From a virus (taxonomy: Duplodnaviria; Caudoviricetes): a stretch of 33,446 nt of DNA. The stretch lies in IMG/VR virus record IMGVR_UViG_3300037461_000313, positions 1-33,446 of that record; one strand, given 5' to 3'. Made by a program: the position numbers and the translations under genes. Position 1 is the stretch's first letter, and every line of letters starts with the position of its first letter. Positions 16,051-25,101 of this stretch are shown piece after piece. The notes under the pieces were generated by a model. The model had not been told where the DNA came from, did no database searches, and was given only the letters and a program-made list of their open reading frames with translations.

Positions 16051-18699
16051 ATGCCAACCCCAACACCAACGGGAACTCCGTTAAAAGACATTCCAACAAC
16101 CGAATATCAGGCTTGGAAAAAACAGCAAACGAATATCAGCGGTCTGCTTCAAGGCAGTCTTGATGCGTTCGTAAAAAACGAGCAAAAATATCAGAAGAAA
16201 AAACTCCAAATCGTAACAGATTTCAACACAGAAGAACTGAAGAAAAAACTAGAGACCCACAAAAGACTCACCGAAATCCGCAAGCAGATGTTCGAAAGTC
16301 AAATACGGGCAGAGCGAGAACACTACAAGAAACTACAAAGAGAGCAAACGAAAGCCGCCGAAGAAAAAGAGAAACTAGAAAAGAGAGGGTTCAAGGCCGT
16401 AACAGACAAGACAGAAAAACTCACAAAGACCTTAGAGAAAATATTTACGCCTGGATTATTAGCCTCACTCAATAAATTTTCTTCAACAATTAATGAAATC
16501 AAGAAACAGGCTGAAGCAAGTGCAACTGTTACACGAAGAAAAACAACAGGAAAAATTGTGGAGGAAGGAACAAAGGCAATAGGTGGCGATTCAGCCCGAA
16601 TGTCGAGAAAACAGGAACAAAGGGAAAGGGATGAATTCCAATTCGACACAAGAACGTCAGGAAAAAAGACTGCGAACGCAACCACAACAACTCTTATGGA
16701 ACAGTTGAAATTTTTCAGTTGGTATCAGAAATGGGAAAAATTGAAACTGATGATACAGATAGCGAAAATGGGTGCGGGGGCAATTGCGGGTTTGCTAGGA
16801 AAAATTATGCCTAGTTTCATAAAGAAAGGACTATCGGGGCTTTTAGGTAAATCAAAAATAGGTCGGGCTATTAAAGGTTCAAAAATAGGAAAACAATTTT
16901 TCAAAAAAACAAAGCCTGGAAAACTAACCAAAATCACTAGGAAAATATTAAGTCCGAAAGGAAAATTAGGTAAATTTTTCGGGTCGAAAGCAGGCCGATT
17001 CTTGGGAGGAACAAAAGGCGGCGTTGGTGCTAAACTGATTAAATCAGGTTTAGGTATCAGCGGAGCCATCGGTGGAATTAAAGGCTTGATGAAAGGGATA
17101 AGCGAATTTGGTGCTGTAGCAAAGAAAGAAGGTTCAGGAATGGCTGTTGCTAACGTAGCCAAAAACCTATCAAGCGGCATCCTTTCAGGACTCACAATGG
17201 GTCTAGTTTCCCGTGAAACGTTCAACAAAATGACTGATGTTGCAACCAAGTGGACGGGTAAACTCGTAGATGCTCTTTCACCATCACAAGACTTCTATAA
17301 CAAGATGAGCGAGATGAAAACAGGGTTGAGTGAACGCTCAAAAGCGATAGGAGCAAGCCTAGATTCCATTATGGAGAAGACGGGAATAAAAGGCTCAGGC
17401 GCTGCACAAATGAAGTCGGTAATGGCTGATAAGGAAAAATGGAACAAACTAACCAAGGAAGAACAAGACCTAGTTAAGAAGAGAGTCGAAGGAGCAGAGA
17501 AAAGACAGAAGGCAGAAAAGGCCGCAAAACCACCTAAGTCCTTTGCCCAAGGTACTGCGGGAACAGGAACCCCTTCAAAGACAACAGACCTGTTCCGTGA
17601 AGCGAAGGGGATGGAAAATATCACCATCCACGGCGGTGAAAAATACGCAGTACTGAACAAAGACCAATGGGATAAGGTAAAAGGTAAATTCGACTCTTCG
17701 TTGCCTACAGGCATGACTCCTACGATGGCGGCGGGTGTAGATAAAACAACTGCAAAGTCCATCAACAAAACGATGAAAACGTTGGGCGGTGCAGTTAAGA
17801 ATTTACTCAGTCCAAAAAAACCAGAAGCAGAGAAGAAAAACCAAGACGAAGATGCAAAGAAATATGGCGGCTCAGTTGCCAAAGGTGCTTACGTCCTGAA
17901 GGATACGACAGTTGATATCACCCCTCTTCCGTTCAAGGCTAGATTGGAGGCGATGATTGCTGAACGTTTCAAACTGACAGGTAAGAAAACGCAAATCAAC
18001 TCAGGTTTCCGCAGTCTTCAGGAACAGGAGCGGGTATACAAGGAGATGCCTAACAGAGCGGCCAAGCCAGGCCGTTCACCCCACGGCCCGCCGAATCCTA
18101 GAGCCGTAGATATGAACTCTAGTGATGTGGCAGATATGGTCTCGTTGGGGTTGATTCAGAAATACGGATTCAAATTCCCTGTTGCAAAAACAAAGAGCGG
18201 CGAATGGGAAACTTGGCACATTCAGGCACAGAAAGGAGCCTACATCAAGGATGCTCCAAAAGAAGGCCGTCTAGACTTTCATAAGAACGAAGGCCTCATT
18301 GTAGACAAGCCAAAAGCGATTAGTGCGATGATGCAGTATGCCGAAATGGGTAAGAAGGTTTCGGAGATGGCATCGGGGGCAATCAAAGATGTGTCCTACG
18401 CATTTACGAAGGATATGCCTGGCAAAGCAGTCAAAGGTTTACAACGTGGAGATGCCGCAAAGGACAATACTTCAGAGCAGATGGTTAAACTTCTAACCGA
18501 AATCAAAAGTGAGTTGGAGACAGGTAGAAAGGAAACAAAAAACCAGAAGGGTGAAGAAAAGGGAAAAATTTCCACGCCAGCAACAACTTCTGCTTCCGCA
18601 GGAACAGGAAATTTTACTCAAAAAGAAAACGTATTCCCATCTGATACATTGATGACGAATATGTATGCGATGATGACACAATTTAGTGGAGGATATTAA
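16051..18699 (+). CDS. Tape measure / hub protein with an M15 (VanY-like) peptidoglycan peptidase domain
   Basis: Coiled-coil N-terminus and Gly/Lys/Ala-rich middle; INSGFRSLQEQ...AAKPGRSPH...AVD...ETWHIQ is the M15 Zn-peptidase motif; follows the chaperone gene. Confidence 0.8.
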   Translation: MPTPTPTGTPLKDIPTTEYQAWKKQQTNISGLLQGSLDAFVKNEQKYQKKKLQIVTDFNTEELKKKLETHKRLTEIRKQMFESQIRAEREHYKKLQREQTKAAEEKEKLEKRGFKAVTDKTEKLTKTLEKIFTPGLLASLNKFSSTINEIKKQAEASATVTRRKTTGKIVEEGTKAIGGDSARMSRKQEQRERDEFQFDTRTSGKKTANATTTTLMEQLKFFSWYQKWEKLKLMIQIAKMGAGAIAGLLGKIMPSFIKKGLSGLLGKSKIGRAIKGSKIGKQFFKKTKPGKLTKITRKILSPKGKLGKFFGSKAGRFLGGTKGGVGAKLIKSGLGISGAIGGIKGLMKGISEFGAVAKKEGSGMAVANVAKNLSSGILSGLTMGLVSRETFNKMTDVATKWTGKLVDALSPSQDFYNKMSEMKTGLSERSKAIGASLDSIMEKTGIKGSGAAQMKSVMADKEKWNKLTKEEQDLVKKRVEGAEKRQKAEKAAKPPKSFAQGTAGTGTPSKTTDLFREAKGMENITIHGGEKYAVLNKDQWDKVKGKFDSSLPTGMTPTMAAGVDKTTAKSINKTMKTLGGAVKNLLSPKKPEAEKKNQDEDAKKYGGSVAKGAYVLKDTTVDITPLPFKARLEAMIAERFKLTGKKTQINSGFRSLQEQERVYKEMPNRAAKPGRSPHGPPNPRAVDMNSSDVADMVSLGLIQKYGFKFPVAKTKSGEWETWHIQAQKGAYIKDAPKEGRLDFHKNEGLIVDKPKAISAMMQYAEMGKKVSEMASGAIKDVSYAFTKDMPGKAVKGLQRGDAAKDNTSEQMVKLLTEIKSELETGRKETKNQKGEEKGKISTPATTSASAGTGNFTQKENVFPSDTLMTNMYAMMTQFSGGY

Positions 18700-19454
18700 T
18701 GGGCAGTTGGCCTTCGGAAATTACAGATTATAAAAAATCGTCAAATGTCAGGGTTGAATTTCTTGATGTACAAGCATTACCAAAACAACCACAAAATCAA
18801 AAAGACGGCGACCCAAAAATTATCGGAGAGGGTACAATATATCATAAACTTTGTGGTTTTCTTTCTGACGATGGATTGACGATAGATTATAAAAATAAAT
18901 TCGATTCTGCAATTAATTTGGCTGGAGGGATATTAGGACAATTTAATGAATTGGTAACTTCTGCCAAAGGTCTTTTTGATTCTTTTCAAGGCTCCCAAGG
19001 AGTTAGAGGCTATGTGGGGCTTTCTAAAAACGCTAGTCTTATTTTAAATGCTCCTTATTATTGGCAGGGTACAGACCCAATTGGTTTTAAACTTACGATG
19101 ATTCAAATTGCTGACTCAAACAATCAAATTATAGCAGATTATCAGAAAGTATTAGAAGCAGTTTCTCCTGACGGTGGGCCTGGAATCAGCATTGGAGCAG
19201 GTCCGATGCTTCTTATGGTTCATTATTTTCCCGTGAGCGGAGATGGACAACCTGATGCAGAGAATGGACAAGGTAAAATGATATTCGGCCCTTGCCTCTG
19301 TCATAATGTCAGTATGCAAATCAAGCCGCCATATTCGATGGGGTTTGAGCCACTTATAGGAATATACAACTTTGATTTGATGGTATCTAGAATAATTTCT
19401 AGAGAGAAAATCAAAGATATTTTCCATTCTTGGGGACCACCGAAAACAACATGA
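18699..19454 (+). CDS. Putative tail tube initiator / baseplate-tube junction protein (gp48-like)
   Basis: Synteny between tape measure and gp53; YWQGTDPIGFKLTM...PCLCHNVSMQ beta-rich pattern. Confidence 0.55.
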   Translation: MGSWPSEITDYKKSSNVRVEFLDVQALPKQPQNQKDGDPKIIGEGTIYHKLCGFLSDDGLTIDYKNKFDSAINLAGGILGQFNELVTSAKGLFDSFQGSQGVRGYVGLSKNASLILNAPYYWQGTDPIGFKLTMIQIADSNNQIIADYQKVLEAVSPDGGPGISIGAGPMLLMVHYFPVSGDGQPDAENGQGKMIFGPCLCHNVSMQIKPPYSMGFEPLIGIYNFDLMVSRIISREKIKDIFHSWGPPKTT

Positions 19455-19464
19455 GAATTATAAA

Positions 19465-19851
19465 ATGAAATACACATACACCAAGACAACAAAAAACATT
19501 CTAGATTTTTTTAATAATAAAGTAAGATACACCTACACTAAACTAGATGGCATTATCTACAAAGATGAAGCCAACAATGTACACTTTCAAAATGTGGATA
19601 TGGAGTTGGATATCGAAAAAGGAGTGAATGAAGACTCGCAATTCTTTACCATCAATCAAGAAATGCAGTATCGTCCTGACAGGGTGGCCTACATCGCCTA
19701 CGGTGATGAAACACTCGCTTGGCTTGTTCTGCGCTTTAATGAAATTACCGACCCATTTGAACTTGAAATTGGAAAAATAATCGAAGTTCCTTCACTTTCC
19801 AAGGTCAATACAGCACTTCAGAAAAAGAGACAGAGGTTACAGTACCGCTAA
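19465..19851 (+). CDS. Baseplate wedge protein, T4 gp53-like (LysM-like)
   Basis: YRPDRVAYIAYGDETLAWLVLRFNEITDPFELEIGKIIEVPS. Confidence 0.88.
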   Translation: MKYTYTKTTKNILDFFNNKVRYTYTKLDGIIYKDEANNVHFQNVDMELDIEKGVNEDSQFFTINQEMQYRPDRVAYIAYGDETLAWLVLRFNEITDPFELEIGKIIEVPSLSKVNTALQKKRQRLQYR

Positions 19852-21125
19852 TGTTACTACAAGGCATAGGGAATTCCCCAAAAATAAAAATCAAAGGAAC
19901 CAAGGAAGAGATTTCCCTAGACGATTTTCATTTTCAAAACTTCCGCTACGTAGAGGATATCAACTTAGGGTTTCCCACAATTGAATTTGATTTAAGGGAC
20001 AACGCCTACGAGTTGCTTCGCAAAAATCTTTTCGGAGACGAGGAACTCATCATCGAAGAGTTTAATAATGACCGTTTCAAGATGACGCAGAAAAGTTTCA
20101 GGATTAAATCGGTAGGGTCTTTGGGAGCCGAACCAAAGCCTGTTGCTGCACAGACCCTTAAAATCATCGCCATCGACAAGACCTACGATTCCATCCTGAA
20201 GAACCAAAAATCCCACTACTTCAAGACAGGGGAAGTTAAGAAAATTTCAGACCTCTTGAAGAATTTTCTAACTGCCTTGGGAATTGAAGAGATAAAGGAC
20301 TTTAAAATCAACATCGAAAATACCGCCCCGATAAAGGACCAGGGATTCAGTAATCTCTACATCCCTTACAGCAGAGACCCGATGAAGGTCATCCGCAAAC
20401 TTTGCAACTACGCCATGACCCCTGACGGCACAGGAGCGTTTGTATTCTTCATCAACCGCAAGGGATTGAATTTCGTACCTGTCAGCAAGTTATTTGTTGA
20501 CGTTACCGACAAGACCCCTCACTTGCAAATTACAGACCTTAGCGACACCTACGATGTTGCCAAGTTCAGACTTTCCCCGTTCAACGCTTTTTCCAACTTC
20601 ATCACAGGCCACGAGAAGAAGGTGATGGGATTCAACCTCTTAGAAAAGGAGTACGATTCGGTTTGGTACAAACCCAACGCTCGGTACATCGAACATTCGG
20701 AGTACATCGACAAGCCTGAGACCACATCAAACGTGAAGACGATGCCTGTCAGCGTGGGTGGCAAGGCTATCTCAATCCCGTTTTCCAAGGACTTCGTAAC
20801 AGGCAATATCAAGACGTACTACACGCCGCTCGACAATCCTTTGGCGTTGAAGGCATTTGCCGACAGGTTGTACTACTCGCAGATGTTCAACTTCAACTTG
20901 GAACTTGAAGTCAAAATGCTGACGGAGATGATGGACTTTGCAATCGGAGAAATGGTCAACGTGGAGTTCCCGATTTCCGATACGGAAACGTGGTCTGAGT
21001 TGAACGGTGGGTGGCTCCTGAAGTCGATGTCCTACATCTACCCTGGAGATTCCTTGCTGTTGAAGTTGACGAGAATCGGGATTGGAACGCTTCCCGAAGA
21101 TTATTACGTGAAGGTAGGAGAATAA
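19851..21125 (+). CDS. Baseplate hub protein, gp27-like
   Basis: Between gp53 and gp5; YVEDI..GFP...D; AFVFF; IGEMVNVEFP...LNGGWLLKSMSY...LKLTR. Confidence 0.65.
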   Translation: MLLQGIGNSPKIKIKGTKEEISLDDFHFQNFRYVEDINLGFPTIEFDLRDNAYELLRKNLFGDEELIIEEFNNDRFKMTQKSFRIKSVGSLGAEPKPVAAQTLKIIAIDKTYDSILKNQKSHYFKTGEVKKISDLLKNFLTALGIEEIKDFKINIENTAPIKDQGFSNLYIPYSRDPMKVIRKLCNYAMTPDGTGAFVFFINRKGLNFVPVSKLFVDVTDKTPHLQITDLSDTYDVAKFRLSPFNAFSNFITGHEKKVMGFNLLEKEYDSVWYKPNARYIEHSEYIDKPETTSNVKTMPVSVGGKAISIPFSKDFVTGNIKTYYTPLDNPLALKAFADRLYYSQMFNFNLELEVKMLTEMMDFAIGEMVNVEFPISDTETWSELNGGWLLKSMSYIYPGDSLLLKLTRIGIGTLPEDYYVKVGE

Positions 21126-21128
21126 ACG

Positions 21129-22961
21129 ATGTTTGATATTGATTCCATCAAGTCCTTAGAGGACACACAGCGAAGCAACTTTTACCGTGCCAAGGTTGTG
21201 TCCCTAGATGACCCGATAAGCCTTAACAGGGTTCAAATCCTGATTTTCGGACTGACGGACGATATCCCGAATGAAAGCCAACCGTGGTGCGAGTTGCAAT
21301 TCAGGGACGGCCTGGTAACGTATCCGAACGTGAACGATGTGATTTGGCTGTTCTTCGAAGGCGGCGATATTTTCCGACCAATTTATCTAGGAACAATCTA
21401 CGCAGGGCTTGACGTGGATACGGATGTCGGATACGAAAAATTTGCGGCGAACCTAGGAACCACAACTCCAGAGCCTTCATCGTACACAGGACTTGGTGGA
21501 AAAGCATCGTACAATTTTTCAGCAATTGCTGACGTGGAAACTTACAAGTCGGGTTTGCGTACTGCGAACGCCGTAGAAACCGACAAACACACCATCCTTA
21601 AAGATACTCCTTCACACTACGATGTTTTGACAAAGGAGAACACTTGGGGACGAGCCTTCGAAGGATTAGACCCGATAGATACTGACAATATTGCACTAGG
21701 TCAATTTTTGTGGGTAACAGGCCGCGACCCTGCTTACGGTGCTTGTCCTTTCCCATCAGGTCAACCCGTTTATCCGTGGTACGAACTGCGAGAAACAGGA
21801 ACCAACACTACGAATTGGAAGGCCATCTACGGCGGGTGGAGGATGATAACTGAAGCCGATTTGAAGAAGGGGCTAGCCCCATTCCCCGATAACGTTCGCC
21901 GCACGTATCTGAAAAGGTATAAGAGTTGGACGTGGTGGACAGTCAACCGTTGTTTAAACAAGGATATTTGGGCCCCTGATGCGGGAATGTTCGCAAATGC
22001 AAGTCCGAAGAGTTGGACATTTATTCCTTCATCGCCGTGGATTTATACCGACCCCGAATTATTCAGCGTGGCTTATACAAGAGATGCACTAGGAGTTCAT
22101 TCTGAAGAAATGGGTGGCTACTGTCGTATCAAACCATCTCCATTCGCAACGATGAAGATAAAGAATCGCAAGTACTACAAGCAGTCCACTTGGCTCAGTT
22201 ACGATGGGAAATCGGCAGTTGAAATGGACGATAATGATTTGTACGAGAGATTGAGGCTTGATTTCAACTACGGCGAAAGCGGTTTGGAATTTTCCCGTGT
22301 CGGTTGGCATGGTATCAATATGTGGACTGAAGGTTCGTTCAGAATTAGGGCATACGGAAGACAGTCAGGGGGAACGGGAGAAGGTGCATTTGTTCCTTGT
22401 GCCATCGAAGTAATTGATACATCTCTCTCCATTCAGGCTGATGGGGCATTATGGTGCGGCGGCAATCGTAGTGCATCATTCGGTTCATTAGGACCTGTCG
22501 GTATCAGGTCGAAGATGAACGGCGTTTCAGTTTCAGGAAAGAGTGTAACGATACAAACAGAAACAGGCTTGTCAACGAGAGAAGGCACAACGGAAGCGAA
22601 TGAAGGAGTTCAATTTGGCTCACCTATCCTTTTGGGTCCAGGCGGCGATGCCTTAACAGGTGGATTCAACGGATGGACCCCTGTACTACAAAATAAGGAC
22701 GCAGGCGATGCCGCAAAATATTTTAAAGCCCTCAATTTACTCTTGTTGATGGTAAAGAAATTGGCTTGTGATGTTGGGATAGATAAAACACCACCTAGTC
22801 CCTCCTTACCAACTTTATCTGGTTTTTGTTGGGGTATTTATTTGTGGGCAAAAGGGGCTAGCCAATTGATAAAGGATATCGAAACAGGCACACTTGATGG
22901 TGTTTCAATCATGGGTGCAGCAGATACTATCAACGTAGAAGGGGCTGGAAAAGCCGAATGA
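21129..22961 (+). CDS. Baseplate central spike, gp5/VgrG-like
   Basis: N-terminal OB-fold YRAKVVSLDDP..LNRVQI..FGL...PWC...PNVNDVIWLFFEGGDIFRPIYLG; beta-helix-like region after EMDDN...ERLRL. Confidence 0.85.
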   Translation: MFDIDSIKSLEDTQRSNFYRAKVVSLDDPISLNRVQILIFGLTDDIPNESQPWCELQFRDGLVTYPNVNDVIWLFFEGGDIFRPIYLGTIYAGLDVDTDVGYEKFAANLGTTTPEPSSYTGLGGKASYNFSAIADVETYKSGLRTANAVETDKHTILKDTPSHYDVLTKENTWGRAFEGLDPIDTDNIALGQFLWVTGRDPAYGACPFPSGQPVYPWYELRETGTNTTNWKAIYGGWRMITEADLKKGLAPFPDNVRRTYLKRYKSWTWWTVNRCLNKDIWAPDAGMFANASPKSWTFIPSSPWIYTDPELFSVAYTRDALGVHSEEMGGYCRIKPSPFATMKIKNRKYYKQSTWLSYDGKSAVEMDDNDLYERLRLDFNYGESGLEFSRVGWHGINMWTEGSFRIRAYGRQSGGTGEGAFVPCAIEVIDTSLSIQADGALWCGGNRSASFGSLGPVGIRSKMNGVSVSGKSVTIQTETGLSTREGTTEANEGVQFGSPILLGPGGDALTGGFNGWTPVLQNKDAGDAAKYFKALNLLLLMVKKLACDVGIDKTPPSPSLPTLSGFCWGIYLWAKGASQLIKDIETGTLDGVSIMGAADTINVEGAGKAE

Positions 22962-22973
22962 TAAATAAGTGTG
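22960..22973 (+). promoter_or_regulatory. Late-type promoter GATAAATA-AGTGTG
   Basis: Box directly after the gp5 stop, upstream of the wedge operon. Confidence 0.6.
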
Positions 22974-22985
22974 AGGAATAAAACA

Positions 22986-23162
22986 ATGTCGAAAGCAGTA
23001 ACAACCCCGCCTGTAACGCTAGCAGAAATGAACTCTGCTTTTAGTAATGCCGTTTTTCCTCCTCCTACTCCTGCACAACTAGGTAAAGAGGCAAGAGAGG
23101 AAGCACAAAGGGAATTTAGGAATTTTCTAGATAGGGAAGGATACGTACCCAATCAAAACTAA
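22986..23162 (+). CDS. Small hypothetical protein
   Basis: Start MSKAVTTPP after GAGG; fills the gap before gp25. Confidence 0.6.
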   Translation: MSKAVTTPPVTLAEMNSAFSNAVFPPPTPAQLGKEAREEAQREFRNFLDREGYVPNQN

Positions 23163-23165
23163 AAC

Positions 23166-23597
23166 ATGGCAGACACAAAGACACTAACCAATTATTACAA
23201 CAACAGTATTGTCATCGACAAGGATATCCAAAAGAATTTTCAATTCTTTCAAGGAGACCTGAAAAGTGTAACGAACTACGATGCCATCGTGCAATCCATC
23301 CGCAACATTCTGAATACGAGAAAGGGTGAACTTATCGGATTGATTGACTTCGGTTGTTCGATTTATGAGTTCTTGTTCGAACAGTTGACTGTTGGTAATG
23401 TGGAGTCTTTGCGGGAAACGCTGATTTCTGATGTACAGAGATGGGAAAATAGAGTAAATATAGTTGACTTCCGATACGAAATCAACAATCCCGTTGGTAC
23501 TTTAAAACTAGACATGGTTTTTAGCATCAAGGCGATGGGTCCTAATCAGTTGTTTCGTGAAGAATTTTTGTTAAGTAATTCAAGCGAGGTAAGATAA
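23166..23597 (+). CDS. Baseplate wedge / sheath initiator, T4 gp25-like
   Basis: DAIVQSIRNILNTRKGE....DFGCSIYEFLFE...VQRWENRV. Confidence 0.93.
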   Translation: MADTKTLTNYYNNSIVIDKDIQKNFQFFQGDLKSVTNYDAIVQSIRNILNTRKGELIGLIDFGCSIYEFLFEQLTVGNVESLRETLISDVQRWENRVNIVDFRYEINNPVGTLKLDMVFSIKAMGPNQLFREEFLLSNSSEVR

Positions 23598-23598
23598 A

Positions 23599-25101
23599 AT
23601 GGCAGACCGCATCAATATGTTAGCAGGCGATTTCGATACAATCCGTGCCGAACTTAACGCAAAGTTGGCAGTACTGCCAGGATGGAAGGATATGGTCGAA
23701 TCGGGGGTGGGGAGTTCTCTCGTTCGTATGTTCTCTTATGTTGCTGACCTGTTGAACTACCGTGTCAACGTTCTTGCCAACGAGAACTACTTGGATACCG
23801 TGCAGATAAAAGAGAATATGCTCAAAATCATCAAACTCTTGAATTACAAGGTCAAAAGAGCAGTTCCTTCGCATGGAGAGGTTACGCTGTGGTTGAAGTA
23901 TGCAGCGGTAAACAATATTGTCATCCCGCAGGGAACCCGCCTAGCCACGGCAGACAACATCCTGTTCTACACCGTTTTTGAAAACGAAATCATCGCAGGC
24001 GAAACGGAAATCACAGTCAAGGTCGTACAGGGGACTGAAAAGGAAATCTCCTATATCTCAGACGGCTCTAAGAATCAGGAGTTCATTCTTAATTCCGACA
24101 GCAAGAGTTACTACGTTGGTGATGCTATCTGGCCGAACTCGGAATACGAATACTCAGGTCTAAAAGTATACGTTGATGATGTGGAGTGGACGGAAATCGA
24201 TTCGTTGGTAAATGCGACAGCCAACGATACGGACTACTACGCAGAACAATATTCCGACTACGCTATCCGCATCGTATTCGGTGATGGAGAGTTGGGAAAA
24301 ATCCCGACCACAGGTTCGACTATCAAATTCGTGTTTAACCTGAACATCGGCAAATTTGGTAACGTCAATGAAGGCACTATCACCACTCTTCTTGACACTA
24401 TCAGCGACACAGAAAGCAACCCCGTAACACTCTACGTTACACAGGGTTCTTCATTCTTGAACGCCGGCGACCCTGAAGACTTGGAATCCATCCGGGCCAA
24501 TGCCCCGAAGTACTATACCACGGGGGACAGAGCCATTACTGACGATGATATCACGGCGATGATAAATGCGAACTTCTCCAACATCCTAGAGGTCTATATC
24601 CTCTCCGAAGAGGACAAGAATCCACCCAACTTCAAGGAGTTCAACCAAATCACCATCGGCCTATTGTTGATGGCTGATAATGGTGGGCCGCTCGTGCCTT
24701 CGGCAAATGGCGAGAACTACTTGTCCTACTACGAATCGGTAGACGAACTCATCAAGAAGAAACGCTCCATCACGGTCCATCGCAAATATATCATTCCTTC
24801 TCCGATTGAGATTATGTTCAAGGTGGACTATAAGAGGTACTCAGGGTTTACTGATTCATCAACCAAGGCAAAAATCCAGACAGCCATCGAAACCTACCTC
24901 AAAAACTACGGCAGGCTTGGTTCGACTGTAAAATACTCTGACTTGATTTATGCAATCGAATCGTTACCTGAAATCGATTGGTGCTACCTACAGATGAAGC
25001 GGAGTACCGATGTCAGTTATTCAACGCAAAATATTTCCTGTGGAGAGACGGAATTTCCTGTTAAAGCAACAGCAACATTCTTGACACTAACGGCGGTATA
25101 A
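23599..25101 (+). CDS. Baseplate wedge subunit, T4 gp6-like (baseplate J family)
   Basis: DFDTIRAEL...ANENYLDT...LLNYK...IVFGDGELGKIP...G..GNV...EDLESIRANAP...RAITDDD. Confidence 0.92.
   Translation: MADRINMLAGDFDTIRAELNAKLAVLPGWKDMVESGVGSSLVRMFSYVADLLNYRVNVLANENYLDTVQIKENMLKIIKLLNYKVKRAVPSHGEVTLWLKYAAVNNIVIPQGTRLATADNILFYTVFENEIIAGETEITVKVVQGTEKEISYISDGSKNQEFILNSDSKSYYVGDAIWPNSEYEYSGLKVYVDDVEWTEIDSLVNATANDTDYYAEQYSDYAIRIVFGDGELGKIPTTGSTIKFVFNLNIGKFGNVNEGTITTLLDTISDTESNPVTLYVTQGSSFLNAGDPEDLESIRANAPKYYTTGDRAITDDDITAMINANFSNILEVYILSEEDKNPPNFKEFNQITIGLLLMADNGGPLVPSANGENYLSYYESVDELIKKKRSITVHRKYIIPSPIEIMFKVDYKRYSGFTDSSTKAKIQTAIETYLKNYGRLGSTVKYSDLIYAIESLPEIDWCYLQMKRSTDVSYSTQNISCGETEFPVKATATFLTLTAV

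Noticed and set aside
22986-23162. PAAR / gp5.4 spike tip
   Set aside because: Position fits but there is no PAAR motif and no Cys/His metal ligands.
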